Assembly (NCBI GenBank): GCA_012729955.1
Contig: JAAYBX010000020.1
Location: 15,548-79,547 of the forward strand
DNA from: Clostridiaceae bacterium
Lineage (GTDB): Bacteria > Bacillota > Clostridia > DUPQ01
Direction of reading: 5' to 3'
DNA length: 64,000 nt
Shown piece after piece: positions 39,206 to 49,536 of this stretch. Each line of letters starts with the position of its first letter. Within the stretch, counting starts at the first letter, position 1. The position numbers and the translations under genes are program-made. The notes beneath the pieces are model-generated. The model ran no database searches. It was given only the letters and a program-made list of their open reading frames with translations, and was not told the DNA's origin.

Positions 39206-40456
39206 TCATAAATATACGCTATCACCAGCCAGAAAACCTGTTGAAAAAGCAATTGTCAGATTATATCCTCCAGTAAGAGCATCACAGTCTATTATTTCAC
39301 CTGCAAAGAATAAATGCTGGGATATCCTGGATTCCATTGTGGAAGGATTTATTTCATTTACAGGAATCCCCCCTTTGGTTACAATCGCATCATCCATCTC
39401 CATCCCGCTTCTTATGGTTAGAGTCAGATTCTTCAAGAGTCTGACCAATGACTTTTTTTCATCTTTCGAAATCTGGTTTGACATCTTGTCAGGACTAATT
39501 CCGGAAAGTTTTACTATTACAGGTATAAGGGATTTTGGAAGAAGCGCATCCAGTGAATTCGCATACTTTTTTGATGCGTTCTTTTCCATATCCAGTGTAA
39601 TCCTTTTGTACAGTGTCTGTTCATCAAGAGCAGGTTTAAGATCAATAACGGCTTTGGCATTTTTGTAGTCTGTATCAAGAAGATATCTGCTTGCTGTCAG
39701 TACGATTGGACCAGATATGCCAAAATGAGTAAAAAGCAGTTCACCCTGCTCTTTATATATGGCTTTATCGTCTTTAAGTACAGTAAGCGATACATTCTTA
39801 AGAGTAAGCCCCATTGTCTCATTTACCCATCTCTCTTTTGTCAGAAGACCTGTTAGTGCACCTTTTAACTCAGTTACTGAGTGTCCCAGATTTTTAGCAA
39901 GAACATAACCGGATCCATCGCTGCCTGTTGACTGATATGTCATTCCTCCTGTTGCAAAAACAAGATTAACACATCCGAATGAATCCGTTACGCCATTTGC
40001 ATCTTTTACAGTTACATAATAAATTTCATCATTACCTTTTACAACCTCAGTTACTTTATTAAGTTTTAAAACATCAACTTTAGCTTTTTGCATCTGATAA
40101 ACAAGAGCATTGCGTACATCAATAGCATTGCTTGATTCCGGAAAAACCCTTCTTCCTCTTTCGGTCACAGTCTTTACCCCTATACTGTTAAAATACTCGA
40201 TTATCCTAGATGGAGGAAAAGCGTAAAGAGCAGAATAAAGAAAAGTCGGATTAGTCATCACATTGTTTAATATATCCAGCACATCTGAATCATTCGTAAT
40301 GTTGCATCTGCCCTTACCTGTTACAAGAATCTTGCTTCCTTCCTGTTTCTTCTGTTCAATAACCAATACGCTGTATTTCCTATTTGCAGCCGTAATTGCA
40401 GCCATCATCCCTGCAGCGCCTGCACCAATTACTATGACATCATAATTATTTCTCAT
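39206..40456 (-). CDS. HI0933/BaiN-like NAD(P)/FAD-dependent flavoprotein
   Basis: DVIVIGAGAAGMMAA dinucleotide-binding motif, followed by TGKGRCN. Confidence 0.8.
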   Translation of the reverse strand: MRNNYDVIVIGAGAAGMMAAITAANRKYSVLVIEQKKQEGSKILVTGKGRCNITNDSDVLDILNNVMTNPTFLYSALYAFPPSRIIEYFNSIGVKTVTERGRRVFPESSNAIDVRNALVYQMQKAKVDVLKLNKVTEVVKGNDEIYYVTVKDANGVTDSFGCVNLVFATGGMTYQSTGSDGSGYVLAKNLGHSVTELKGALTGLLTKERWVNETMGLTLKNVSLTVLKDDKAIYKEQGELLFTHFGISGPIVLTASRYLLDTDYKNAKAVIDLKPALDEQTLYKRITLDMEKNASKKYANSLDALLPKSLIPVIVKLSGISPDKMSNQISKDEKKSLVRLLKNLTLTIRSGMEMDDAIVTKGGIPVNEINPSTMESRISQHLFFAGEIIDCDALTGGYNLTIAFSTGFLAGDSVYL

Positions 40457-41321
40457 TTTTCTTTTTCTTTTCTATAGTATAAATAGAGTGCTCATCCCAT
40501 ATCCGTTCCATATCCTGAAGCTTTACCATTAATTGCTTGTCCTTTTTTATACCGCAAGCAGCTATTAGGGCATTTACAACAGAAAATGGAGCTGTAAGCG
40601 AATCAATAAATCCGGTTAGTCCGCTTCTTGCGACAAGCACATTGTGTGCTACCTCTGTTATGGGAGCATCCAGACTGTCTGTTATAGCAACAGTATATGC
40701 TCCGCTGTTCTTTGCAATATCCATAGCATGGACTGTCCTTTTAGAGTATCTCGGAAATGTAATCCCTATAAAAACATCCTGATCAGTTATGGATATTATT
40801 TCTTCAAATATATCTGCAGCTCCAGGCATGCCAACAAGATACACATCTTCAAAAATCATCTTGAAATAAATAGACATGTACAAGGCAACAGAGAAAGAGC
40901 TGCGGATACCCAGTATGTATATTCTTTTTGCAGAAGACAGCTTTTCTACGACAGTATTGAATACATCATTATCTATCATATTCATGGTTTCTTTAATAGA
41001 CATAATATCTGATTTCATTACCGACATAAGCACATTATCCATTTCAACCGTATCGGAAATCCTCATGAGCCTCTCCGCTGATGTAAGAGTCTGTCGTGCT
41101 ACTTCTTTCATATCTCGTTGCATCTCAGGAAAGCCATCATATCCAAGTTCAATTGCAAATCTTACTACAGTGGATTCAGATGTATTAGCTTCTGCTGCCA
41201 ATTTTGTTGCTGTGTAAAATGGAGCCTTATCAAAATTAGTCAGTATATATTCAGCTATTTTCTTCTGGCCTTTACTAAATCCTTTAGTGTTTCTTAGTTT
41301 GTCCTTAATGCTCATATCCAC
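40446..41321 (-). CDS. MurR/RpiR-family transcriptional regulator (HTH + SIS domain)
   Basis: N-terminal HTH_6 (AEYILTN...TATKLAAEANTSESTVVRFAIELGY) and a SIS sugar-phosphate-binding domain. Confidence 0.8.
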   Translation of the reverse strand: MDMSIKDKLRNTKGFSKGQKKIAEYILTNFDKAPFYTATKLAAEANTSESTVVRFAIELGYDGFPEMQRDMKEVARQTLTSAERLMRISDTVEMDNVLMSVMKSDIMSIKETMNMIDNDVFNTVVEKLSSAKRIYILGIRSSFSVALYMSIYFKMIFEDVYLVGMPGAADIFEEIISITDQDVFIGITFPRYSKRTVHAMDIAKNSGAYTVAITDSLDAPITEVAHNVLVARSGLTGFIDSLTAPFSVVNALIAACGIKKDKQLMVKLQDMERIWDEHSIYTIEKKKKNEK

Positions 41322-41397
41322 CTCTTTTTACATAAATCATTGATTATGAATAATTTTTTAATCAATCCTGCATTTTTACCAAAAACGAGTTATAAGA

Positions 41398-41435
41398 AAA
41401 CACCTTTAGGCATTTTTGAAACCTAAAGGCGTTTA
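41398..41435 (-). terminator. Rho-independent terminator of the carboxyltransferase operon
   Basis: On the minus strand: GCCUUUAGG-loop-CCUAAAGG followed by UGUUUUCUUAU. Confidence 0.6.
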
Positions 41436-41444
41436 TAATTCGTT

Positions 41445-42839
41445 TTAAACCGGATGGACCTTGTCTTCCATATCGGTTAGTTCCTTGTCCAGTTTATACT
41501 TTAAAGCTCTTCTATATTCGAAGAAATCCTTTGCAACTTTCGGGAACATGGCATATGTAAGAACATCCTCATCCTGCTCGAAATATTCCTTCATTTCATT
41601 CTTTGTTTCCAGAAGAGCGGGTGGGATATCATCTGCCGGCCTGTGAGTGATAGGTTTTTCGCCTTTAAGTATTTTATCTATGATTTCCTGCTTAATTGCT
41701 ACAGGGGTCTTACCATATTTACCTGCCACAAGGTCTCTTGACTCTTTTGGCACCATCTTATATCTTTCACCAGCAATAACATTCATTACTGCTTGTGTTC
41801 CTACTATCTGGCTTGTCGGTGTTACAAGCGGAGGAAATCCAAAATCTTCTCTTACTGCAGGCACTTCATTAAGCACATCCTGAAGCTGGTTTTCTTTTCC
41901 TGCTTCCTTCATCTGATTAACAAGATTTGAAAGCATTCCGCCTGGAACCTGGTATATAAGGGCATTTATATCGACACCCATAACCTTTGTATTAAGCAGA
42001 CCGGATTTCAAATATTTTTCACGAACGACTTTGAATATTTCAGATACTTCATTTATTTTCGCTACATCAAGACCTGTGTCATACTGGGTACCTTTTAGTG
42101 CAGCAACAATACTTTCTGTAGGAGGCTGGCTGGTTCCCTGTGAAAATGGCGAAAGAGCGCAGTCAAGCACATCAACTCCAGCTTCAGCACCTTTCAAATA
42201 AGACATGGATGCTGTTCCTGCAGTATAGTGTGTATGAAGCTGAATAGGAAGGCTGATATGCTCTTTTAATGCTTTAACAAGATCATACGCTGTATAAGGA
42301 AGCAAAAGACCAGCCATATCCTTAATACATATTGAATCTGCTCCGGCTTCAACAAGATTTTTTGCATCTTTAATGTACTGCTCGAAAGTGTGCACTGGTG
42401 ATATGGTATAGCATATTGTGCCTTGTGCGTGACCGCCTTCTTTTTTGCAGGCTCTCATTGCAGTTTCAAGATTCCTTGCGTCATTAAGCGCATCGAAAAT
42501 CCTTATAATATCTATACCATTTGCAATTGACTTCTGAACAAAATACTCCACGACATCATCTGCATAGTGCTTATATCCCAAAAGATTCTGACCTCTCAAG
42601 AGCATCTGCAGCTTGGTATCCTTTACATTTTTCCTAATATATCTCAGTCTGTCCCATGGGTCTTCATTTAAAAATCTGACACAGGAATCAAATGTAGCAC
42701 CACCCCAGCATTCCAATGAATGATAACCGATTTTATCAAGAAGCTGTAAAGCATCTTTCATATCAGCAATGCTCATCCTTGTCGCTATTAACGATTGATG
42801 CGCATCTCTTAAAATTGTTTCAGTGATTTTTACGCTCAT
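41445..42839 (-). CDS. Carboxyltransferase 5S subunit (the pyruvate carboxyltransferase domain of oxaloacetate decarboxylase alpha / transcarboxylase 5S), without a biotinyl domain
   Basis: Starts ILRDAHQSL, has the HTHYTAG metal-binding motif; 464 aa. Confidence 0.85.
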   Translation of the reverse strand: MSVKITETILRDAHQSLIATRMSIADMKDALQLLDKIGYHSLECWGGATFDSCVRFLNEDPWDRLRYIRKNVKDTKLQMLLRGQNLLGYKHYADDVVEYFVQKSIANGIDIIRIFDALNDARNLETAMRACKKEGGHAQGTICYTISPVHTFEQYIKDAKNLVEAGADSICIKDMAGLLLPYTAYDLVKALKEHISLPIQLHTHYTAGTASMSYLKGAEAGVDVLDCALSPFSQGTSQPPTESIVAALKGTQYDTGLDVAKINEVSEIFKVVREKYLKSGLLNTKVMGVDINALIYQVPGGMLSNLVNQMKEAGKENQLQDVLNEVPAVREDFGFPPLVTPTSQIVGTQAVMNVIAGERYKMVPKESRDLVAGKYGKTPVAIKQEIIDKILKGEKPITHRPADDIPPALLETKNEMKEYFEQDEDVLTYAMFPKVAKDFFEYRRALKYKLDKELTDMEDKVHPV

Positions 42840-42851
42840 CTTAAATCCTTT

Positions 42852-43274
42852 CTAATTCATGGACACTAATAGCTGTCCTGTTTCTACACTTTCTCCATTT
42901 GATACATTTACTGAAGCTATAACGCCATCCTGAGCTGCTACAATATCATTTTCCATCTTCATCGCTTCGAGTACAGCAACAACTTGATTTTTCTTAACTG
43001 CCTGACCTGTTGACACCTTCACGCTAATAATTGTACCTGGCATTGGTGATTCAATCCTTATAGAGCCGTTTGCATCAGATGAGGCTGTCTTTTTCGGAGC
43101 TGGAGCTTCTGGTTGTATAACCTCAGCTTTTGCTGCAGGTGTTTGAACAGGTTTAATTTCTGGAACTGTATTAACCGGTCTAACAGTCTCAGCAAGACTT
43201 GGTGCTGATCCTGCTACTTCTTCTAATTCAACTACATATTCTTTTCCGTTTACTTTTGCTATGAATTTTTTCAT
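42852..43274 (-). CDS. Biotin carboxyl carrier (1.3S / gamma) subunit
   Basis: EAMKMEN biotinylation motif in a C-terminal lipoyl-like domain, with an Ala/Pro linker. Confidence 0.85.
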   Translation of the reverse strand: MKKFIAKVNGKEYVVELEEVAGSAPSLAETVRPVNTVPEIKPVQTPAAKAEVIQPEAPAPKKTASSDANGSIRIESPMPGTIISVKVSTGQAVKKNQVVAVLEAMKMENDIVAAQDGVIASVNVSNGESVETGQLLVSMN

Positions 43275-43292
43275 TTATATATCCTCCGTGTA

Positions 43293-44831
43293 TTAAAGCG
43301 GCATATTGCCATGTTTTCTGTTTGGACGGTTTTCCCTTTTTGATTTAAGCATTTCCAATGCTCCGATTATATAAGTACGAGTAAATGCAGGATCAATAAC
43401 ATCATCAACATACCCTCTTTTAGCGGCTTCATAAGATGAAGCATATCTGCTAGAATATTCCGAAATCTTTGCTTTTCTGAACTCAACAGGATCCTCACTA
43501 TTAGCAATCTGCTTGTTGAATATTATATTAGCAGCTCCTTCGCTATCCATAATGGATATAGAAGCGGTCGGATAAGCGAATACTGCATCTGCGCCTATCG
43601 ACTTACTGTTCATCGCTACATATGCGCCACCAATGGCTTTACCTGTAATTATATTGATTTTAGGGACATCCGCTTCTGTAAAGGCATATATCATTTTTGC
43701 TACATGTCTTATTAATCCCTTCTTTTCCTGAGCTGCATCAGCAGTATAACCTGATGTATGTGTAAATGTTACTATCGGAATATTAAAACAATCAAGAAGC
43801 CTAATGAATCTAGAAGCTTTATCCGCAGCATACATATCAATCTGGCCGTTGTTAACTGCAGGGTTATTTGCTACTATCCCGATAGAATTTCCATTCATTC
43901 TTGCAAAACCAATTATCATTGATGCTCCGAATTCAGGCTGTATTTCCATAAAGGATGATGTATCTGTTACTGATATAATGACATCCCTCATATCATATGA
44001 ATCTGTAACTAAATCATAAAGATTGTCTGCAGTTCTGTTTGCATCATCTGTTACTTCCTCTTTTACAGCTTCAGTAAGGTTATTATCTGGAAGATATGAT
44101 AAAAGCATTTTAATCGCATTAATGCACTGGTCTTCATTCTCACAATGAATGTGGGAATTACCGCTGGTCTTTGCATGAGCTGAAGCGCTTCCTATCTCTT
44201 CTTTTGTCGTTTTTACCCCGGATACGCTTTCGAGTACAGCAGGTCCATTCATATACATATAGCTGATTTTGTCTGTCATAATAACAAAATCCGATAAAGC
44301 AGGAAATAATGAAGAAACACCTGCGCAATTACCTAAAACTGCACTTATCTGAGGAATAACCCCGCTAGCCATTGACTGTTTTGTCAAAAGTCCTCCAATT
44401 CCTGCAAGTACATCAGTTCCCTCTTCTACTCTAGCACCATCAGAGTCAAGCATGTAAACTATTGGTGCTCCTGTCTTTAGTGCCATATCGATTGTTCTTT
44501 CTATCTTCTTTGCATGCATCTCGCCGATTGAACCATGTAAAACTGTATAGTCTTGTGAAGCTATAAAAACAGGACGGCTGTTTACTTTTCCGTAACCGCA
44601 TATCACTCCATCACCGGCTTTTCTTTTTGAAGCCATGTCAAAATCTATGCTTCTTGATTCAGTGAAGGCATCTGTTTCTATAAAAGACCCTTCATCAAAT
44701 AATTTATGTATCCTATCAATTGCAGTACTTTTCCCTTTGGCTTTCTGAGCTTCAATCTTCTGCTGCCCTCCGCCAAGGGAAGCTTCATGCTTTTTTATTC
44801 TTAATTCGTCTACTTTTTCTATCATACTCAT
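43293..44831 (-). CDS. Acyl-CoA carboxyltransferase 12S subunit (methylmalonyl-CoA decarboxylase alpha / propionyl-CoA carboxylase beta family)
   Basis: 512 aa, crotonase-like tandem carboxyltransferase domains, and an N-terminus typical of MmdA/PccB. Confidence 0.85.
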   Translation of the reverse strand: MSMIEKVDELRIKKHEASLGGGQQKIEAQKAKGKSTAIDRIHKLFDEGSFIETDAFTESRSIDFDMASKRKAGDGVICGYGKVNSRPVFIASQDYTVLHGSIGEMHAKKIERTIDMALKTGAPIVYMLDSDGARVEEGTDVLAGIGGLLTKQSMASGVIPQISAVLGNCAGVSSLFPALSDFVIMTDKISYMYMNGPAVLESVSGVKTTKEEIGSASAHAKTSGNSHIHCENEDQCINAIKMLLSYLPDNNLTEAVKEEVTDDANRTADNLYDLVTDSYDMRDVIISVTDTSSFMEIQPEFGASMIIGFARMNGNSIGIVANNPAVNNGQIDMYAADKASRFIRLLDCFNIPIVTFTHTSGYTADAAQEKKGLIRHVAKMIYAFTEADVPKINIITGKAIGGAYVAMNSKSIGADAVFAYPTASISIMDSEGAANIIFNKQIANSEDPVEFRKAKISEYSSRYASSYEAAKRGYVDDVIDPAFTRTYIIGALEMLKSKRENRPNRKHGNMPL

Positions 44832-44974
44832 TTAGTTACCTCGTAATTCATTTAATGCCCATTGCAATACATTATATCATTTTAAAGATACCCATTCAAT
44901 TGTTTTTATTAATTTAACTATAAATCTTCACATATGAATTGAAATGGCTTTTGTAGAAAAACAAAGTTCAATTA

Positions 44975-45691
44975 TTACTTATTATATCCTAATGAGGATA
45001 GTTCTTTTTGATTAAGAGACCTGTATCTGCCTTTTTTCAGATCTTCTAAGCTTACTGGGCCAATAGATATTCTCTGAAGCATATACACCCTTATTCCAAC
45101 AGCATCAAACATTTTTCTTACTTGGCGGTTCTTCCCTTCTTTTATAGAAATTTCAACTGAGCATTTGCCATCATCATTATTAATTATATTATCAAGTTGT
45201 GCTTTCTCAGTGATATACCCGCCAATATCTACACCGTTTTCCAGTTTCTGTCTGATTTCTTCTGTTATCTCACCTTTTGCTGAAACAGCATATGTTTTAA
45301 TAACCTGATTCTTTGGATGCATAAGAAAATTAGCGAAGTCACCATCGTTTGTCATGAAGATAAGCCCTGATGAATCATAATCAAGCCTTCCAACGGGATA
45401 AACCCTTTCATCAACGCTGTCAAAGAAGTCTGCAACAGTTTTTCTCCCAAACTGGTCTGACATGGAAGTAATGACCATTTCCGGTTTATTAAAAGCGAAA
45501 TACAACATTTTTTCTTGTATTTTCAAAACTTTATTACCAATCCTTATATCATCAGAATCATCAACCAATATAATATCTTTAACTACACTTCCATTGACAG
45601 TAACAGCTCCTCTATTGATAAGTTCCTCTGCTTTTCGTCTTGATACATAACCGCTTAAAGCAATATATTTCTGTAAACGCATTTTTCCCAT
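44975..45691 (-). CDS. rluB: Pseudouridine synthase, RsuA/RluB family
   Basis: S4 domain (RLQKYIALSGYVSRRKAE) followed by a catalytic domain with the motif FVGRLDYDSSG. Confidence 0.88.
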   Translation of the reverse strand: MGKMRLQKYIALSGYVSRRKAEELINRGAVTVNGSVVKDIILVDDSDDIRIGNKVLKIQEKMLYFAFNKPEMVITSMSDQFGRKTVADFFDSVDERVYPVGRLDYDSSGLIFMTNDGDFANFLMHPKNQVIKTYAVSAKGEITEEIRQKLENGVDIGGYITEKAQLDNIINNDDGKCSVEISIKEGKNRQVRKMFDAVGIRVYMLQRISIGPVSLEDLKKGRYRSLNQKELSSLGYNK

Positions 45692-47064
45692 TATGTTTTT
45701 CCTTCTATATTATTAATTTTGATGTTATGTTCTTTGTTTTTCATAGACAGGCTTAATATTATACCCATTAAGATGTAGAAAATAAAGGCTATTCCGTTAT
45801 TGCTTATATTAAACATCCCTTGTATAAAATATGAGATTACTGCACAGGTCAACGGAAGCAGTAGAATATTCTTCATTATATTCTTAAATCCTTTTATAAT
45901 CACACTTATTGCAATTAAAATATATGCGATTCCAGCAGGAATCCCGCTCGAGACACATATGTTTAAAAATTCATTATGGGCTTTATCTGTGTTTATAATC
46001 TGCGGATTTATGCTCCTTAAGAATGAAACCACCTCAGTATCCTTATATATTGCCTGCCTTAAAGTCTCTATCCCATATCCTGTAAGAGGTTTTTTCTCAA
46101 TAAGCATCCATACTCCTTTCCATATGCCTATCCTGAAAGAACCTGAATTGAGCAGTTCCTCCTGATTGTCTGATGCCACAACAGTAGCTATGGTATCTAT
46201 CGCACTCCAGAACCTGTCAAAAAAACCAGAGAAGAGTAATGCATAAATTACTGTCAGAATAATATGGATGCCGCAGCATATTAGAATATTTTTTATACTG
46301 AATTTTTTCACTGCCATTATAACTACTAAAATGGTAAAACCAGCAAAAGCACCTATCCATCCGCCTCTGGTTTTTGTGGCTAGCAGCACAAAGTAGTTCA
46401 AGGACATCGGAACTGTCCAGAAATAATTACCGGATTTTATAAATGCGAAAGCAAACAACGGTAATGTCATAGACAACAGGCTTGCAAGAAAATTGGGATT
46501 ACCCATCGTGGAAAAGGCCATGTAGTGCCATGATGAAGCAATTTTGTATTTTGCTAAAAAAGTAAGCTCTATAAGCTCAATACCATATAGTTGAAATATG
46601 GCATATACGCATATTATTGATATTGCAATAGAAAACAGTATTATATGCCATTTTGAAAAACTGTAATGATTTGCAGCTATAAGGAAAATAAATACATACA
46701 CCAGAATTATAAAATATGTCTCTTTCCTCTCATATTCGCCAAATAAGGAGAGATCCATGTTTATGCTATAGAATAATGTTATTGTAGAGTAAACTATAAA
46801 GAATAAAGCAGAAATGACTGCTGGCTCCTTAAACATTTTTTTTGAGAACACATTCAGTTTAAGAGCAGGAAGAAATGCAAGAAGGATAACTGCAAATGCG
46901 TAAAGCATTACCATTTTTGAAAAGAAATATCTTTGCGGCAAAAAAGGCCATAACATAAGAGGCACTGTAAAAGCCATTATAGCAAGATATCCTGATATAA
47001 CCTTCTTTCCGCTTTGAATCTGCAGCTGCTCTATCCGTTTCTTATGTTCCTGTGTTAATTCCAT
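45691..47064 (-). CDS. O-antigen ligase (Wzy_C)-like polytopic membrane protein
   Basis: At least ten predicted TM helices with a large loop; 457 aa. Confidence 0.6.
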   Translation of the reverse strand: MELTQEHKKRIEQLQIQSGKKVISGYLAIMAFTVPLMLWPFLPQRYFFSKMVMLYAFAVILLAFLPALKLNVFSKKMFKEPAVISALFFIVYSTITLFYSINMDLSLFGEYERKETYFIILVYVFIFLIAANHYSFSKWHIILFSIAISIICVYAIFQLYGIELIELTFLAKYKIASSWHYMAFSTMGNPNFLASLLSMTLPLFAFAFIKSGNYFWTVPMSLNYFVLLATKTRGGWIGAFAGFTILVVIMAVKKFSIKNILICCGIHIILTVIYALLFSGFFDRFWSAIDTIATVVASDNQEELLNSGSFRIGIWKGVWMLIEKKPLTGYGIETLRQAIYKDTEVVSFLRSINPQIINTDKAHNEFLNICVSSGIPAGIAYILIAISVIIKGFKNIMKNILLLPLTCAVISYFIQGMFNISNNGIAFIFYILMGIILSLSMKNKEHNIKINNIEGKT

Positions 47065-47253
47065 GTGTCCCGCTTTTTCTTATACATTGATTCTACATCC
47101 TAAATTTATCTCATGCAACAATTATAAAGCTTATAAAGGATGTTTGATGTAAATAGTACTCAAAGTAGCGTTCATGCCATTTACATATATCTTTATATAT
47201 ACTAATATTACCTATAAGATGTTTATTATTTATTATCAATTTTGGAGGATACT

Positions 47254-48228
47254 ATGTTTAGAAAATATGAAAACAATCCTGTTGTAAGAAAAACTGAAGG
47301 TACATTTTACAGTAAATATGCTGCTAATCCTGATATTCTGGAATTTGGCAACAAACTCTTTTTTTATTTCCGAGGACAAGACGAGAATAACCATGATCAG
47401 ATGGGAGTATCCACCTGCTCTTTTGATACTTTTAACGGAGTAACATGGGATGAAACTATTTCTGAACCAATACTTAAAGTTAATCCTGATCCCAATGCAT
47501 ATGATTCAAATCACATACTTGATCCTGCTTCAGCTGTAATTGGTAACAAGGTTTATCTATATTATTCTGCGCATTCTCTTACAAAGCCACACAGTGTATC
47601 TCTTGCAATCTCTTATGATGGGATCAACTTTGAAAAATATGGGAATAATCCGATTATACATAATGCAGTAGTTCCTGAGGTAATTATTAAGGACGGATTG
47701 GTTTATCTGTTTTATCAAAGATGGACTGCAGGTTCAAAAGGTGTTTCCAGATTCTATGTATGCACAAGCTCAAATGGTATTGATTTCGATATTGCAAATG
47801 AAAAGGTAGTATTTGAACCTGATACAGAAAGTCAGAGCGTTTCCACAAACAGGATATATGAAGAAGACGGTATTTATTACAGTTTTTTTGGTAATAATAA
47901 AAAATATAAAGATTACCCGGAAAGCATTGGCATTTCCCGTTCCAAAGACTTAATAAACTGGGAAAAAAGCGATAATACAATTATCACCCGAGGAAAGCCC
48001 GGAACATGGGACGAAGGTGCTTTATGGTTTGCTACAGTCCATAAGCACAGGGACACATATTATTTATGGTACGAAGGTACAGGTACAGCTAATAAGAGGA
48101 TTACAGAAAAAGATATCTTAGAATCAGATAAAGCTGTTAATGAATCATATGGAGGGTATGGGAAATCGAGTTTTTCTCAGATTGGTATGGCAACATATAA
48201 AGGCAGATTATCGCAATTCTTCAAATAG
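47254..48228 (+). CDS. Five-bladed beta-propeller glycosidase/phosphorylase, GH130-like (GH43-like not excluded). The start is placed at MFRKYENNP, after a GGAGGA RBS.
   Basis: YENNPVV...AANPDIL...FYFRGQDE...SFD pattern, no signal peptide, about 324 aa. Confidence 0.55.
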   Translation: MFRKYENNPVVRKTEGTFYSKYAANPDILEFGNKLFFYFRGQDENNHDQMGVSTCSFDTFNGVTWDETISEPILKVNPDPNAYDSNHILDPASAVIGNKVYLYYSAHSLTKPHSVSLAISYDGINFEKYGNNPIIHNAVVPEVIIKDGLVYLFYQRWTAGSKGVSRFYVCTSSNGIDFDIANEKVVFEPDTESQSVSTNRIYEEDGIYYSFFGNNKKYKDYPESIGISRSKDLINWEKSDNTIITRGKPGTWDEGALWFATVHKHRDTYYLWYEGTGTANKRITEKDILESDKAVNESYGGYGKSSFSQIGMATYKGRLSQFFK

Positions 48229-48778
48229 ATGCTGTTTCTTCTGATACTTCATCCTCAAAGTTCTCCAAAGGAATCAGTTCCTCAAGAGAAGATACATCAA
48301 AAGCCCTGAAGAATTCCTCTGCTGGCTTATATAACACAGGTCTTCCTGGAGCATCAAGTCTTCCTGCTTCTATAACTAGACCCCTTTCCAGTAATGTTTT
48401 CAAGGGACTATCTGAATTACCCCTTATGGCTTCAATTCTTGCTCTAGTAGCTTCTTTGTTATAAGCGATTATTGCAAGTGTCTCATATGCAGCTCTTGAT
48501 AATGTATCAGTTTTCTTCTTTTCAAATAGCTGGCGGACAGTGGCAAAGTATATGGGATTAGTGCACATCTGGTATGAATCTTCGATTTTTTTTATCAGAA
48601 CACCGGATTTCATTTCTTTCAAACGGTTTATATACTCCTCGAGAATTTCTGTAATATCTTTTTTATCCATTTCCAGTATCTGTTCGATTCTGGTTATGGA
48701 AACCGGCTCGCCGTTCGCATATAGCATTGCAGTTATTACGTTTATAATATATTCCTTATCCATTCCTTTTACTCCCAA
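48221..48778 (-). CDS. scpB: Segregation and condensation protein B
   Basis: Tandem winged-helix ScpB pattern, immediately downstream of scpA. Confidence 0.85.
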   Translation of the reverse strand: MGVKGMDKEYIINVITAMLYANGEPVSITRIEQILEMDKKDITEILEEYINRLKEMKSGVLIKKIEDSYQMCTNPIYFATVRQLFEKKKTDTLSRAAYETLAIIAYNKEATRARIEAIRGNSDSPLKTLLERGLVIEAGRLDAPGRPVLYKPAEEFFRAFDVSSLEELIPLENFEDEVSEETASI

Positions 48779-49536
48779 TCGTATATTTCATGAACATTGT
48801 CCGGATAGCTTAAGTTTTCTGTCCCCTCAACCATTATGTCTTCAAAAGCTCTTTTTTGCTTGAGGATGGCTTTTTTTTGGGATGATAAGACGAGAATGGA
48901 AAGAAAATCAGTTACTAGGTCAGCTTTTGATAATGAATGAGCTTTGAATCTGGTAAAAAAACTAATCCTCTTTTCCTTAAAAAGCACATCAATTACCTTT
49001 CTGATGGATTTTGCAAGCGATACTTTCTCTTTTTTTACTATTTCTTTTATATTTATAGCTTTTTTATTGGTTTTCTCTATTTGCCTTTGCATAGTTTCCC
49101 GATACATCATTACAAGAAGGCTTTTAGAAAGCATATAAGTCTTTTCTGCTTCTCCGAAATCTTCTGTGGATGCGAATGAATAAAAACTCTTCTGTCCATT
49201 TTCATGCTTAATTCTAAATGATTCGCCAGCTTTCTTAATCTTTTTATATTCAACCAGTTGTCTTATCAGCTCAGTCTCGCTATCTATTGCATCTTCTTTT
49301 GTTTTTGGAAGCATAGACCTTGATTTTATATGCAGCAGTGTAGCAGCAATAACTAAAAAGTCACTTGCTATTTCCATATCAAGCTGCTGCATTGCCATAA
49401 GGAAATCCAGATACTGTTCAGTTATTATACTTATTTTTATATCATAAATACTCATCTTATTCTCATCAATAAGATGCAGTAGAAGATCCAGAGGACCTTC
49501 AAAATTTTCCAGTTTTAACTGATATCCTACTCCCAA
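48769..49536 (-). CDS. scpA: Segregation and condensation protein A
   Basis: Kleisin family, 255 aa; paired with scpB. Confidence 0.85.
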   Translation of the reverse strand: MGVGYQLKLENFEGPLDLLLHLIDENKMSIYDIKISIITEQYLDFLMAMQQLDMEIASDFLVIAATLLHIKSRSMLPKTKEDAIDSETELIRQLVEYKKIKKAGESFRIKHENGQKSFYSFASTEDFGEAEKTYMLSKSLLVMMYRETMQRQIEKTNKKAINIKEIVKKEKVSLAKSIRKVIDVLFKEKRISFFTRFKAHSLSKADLVTDFLSILVLSSQKKAILKQKRAFEDIMVEGTENLSYPDNVHEIYDWE

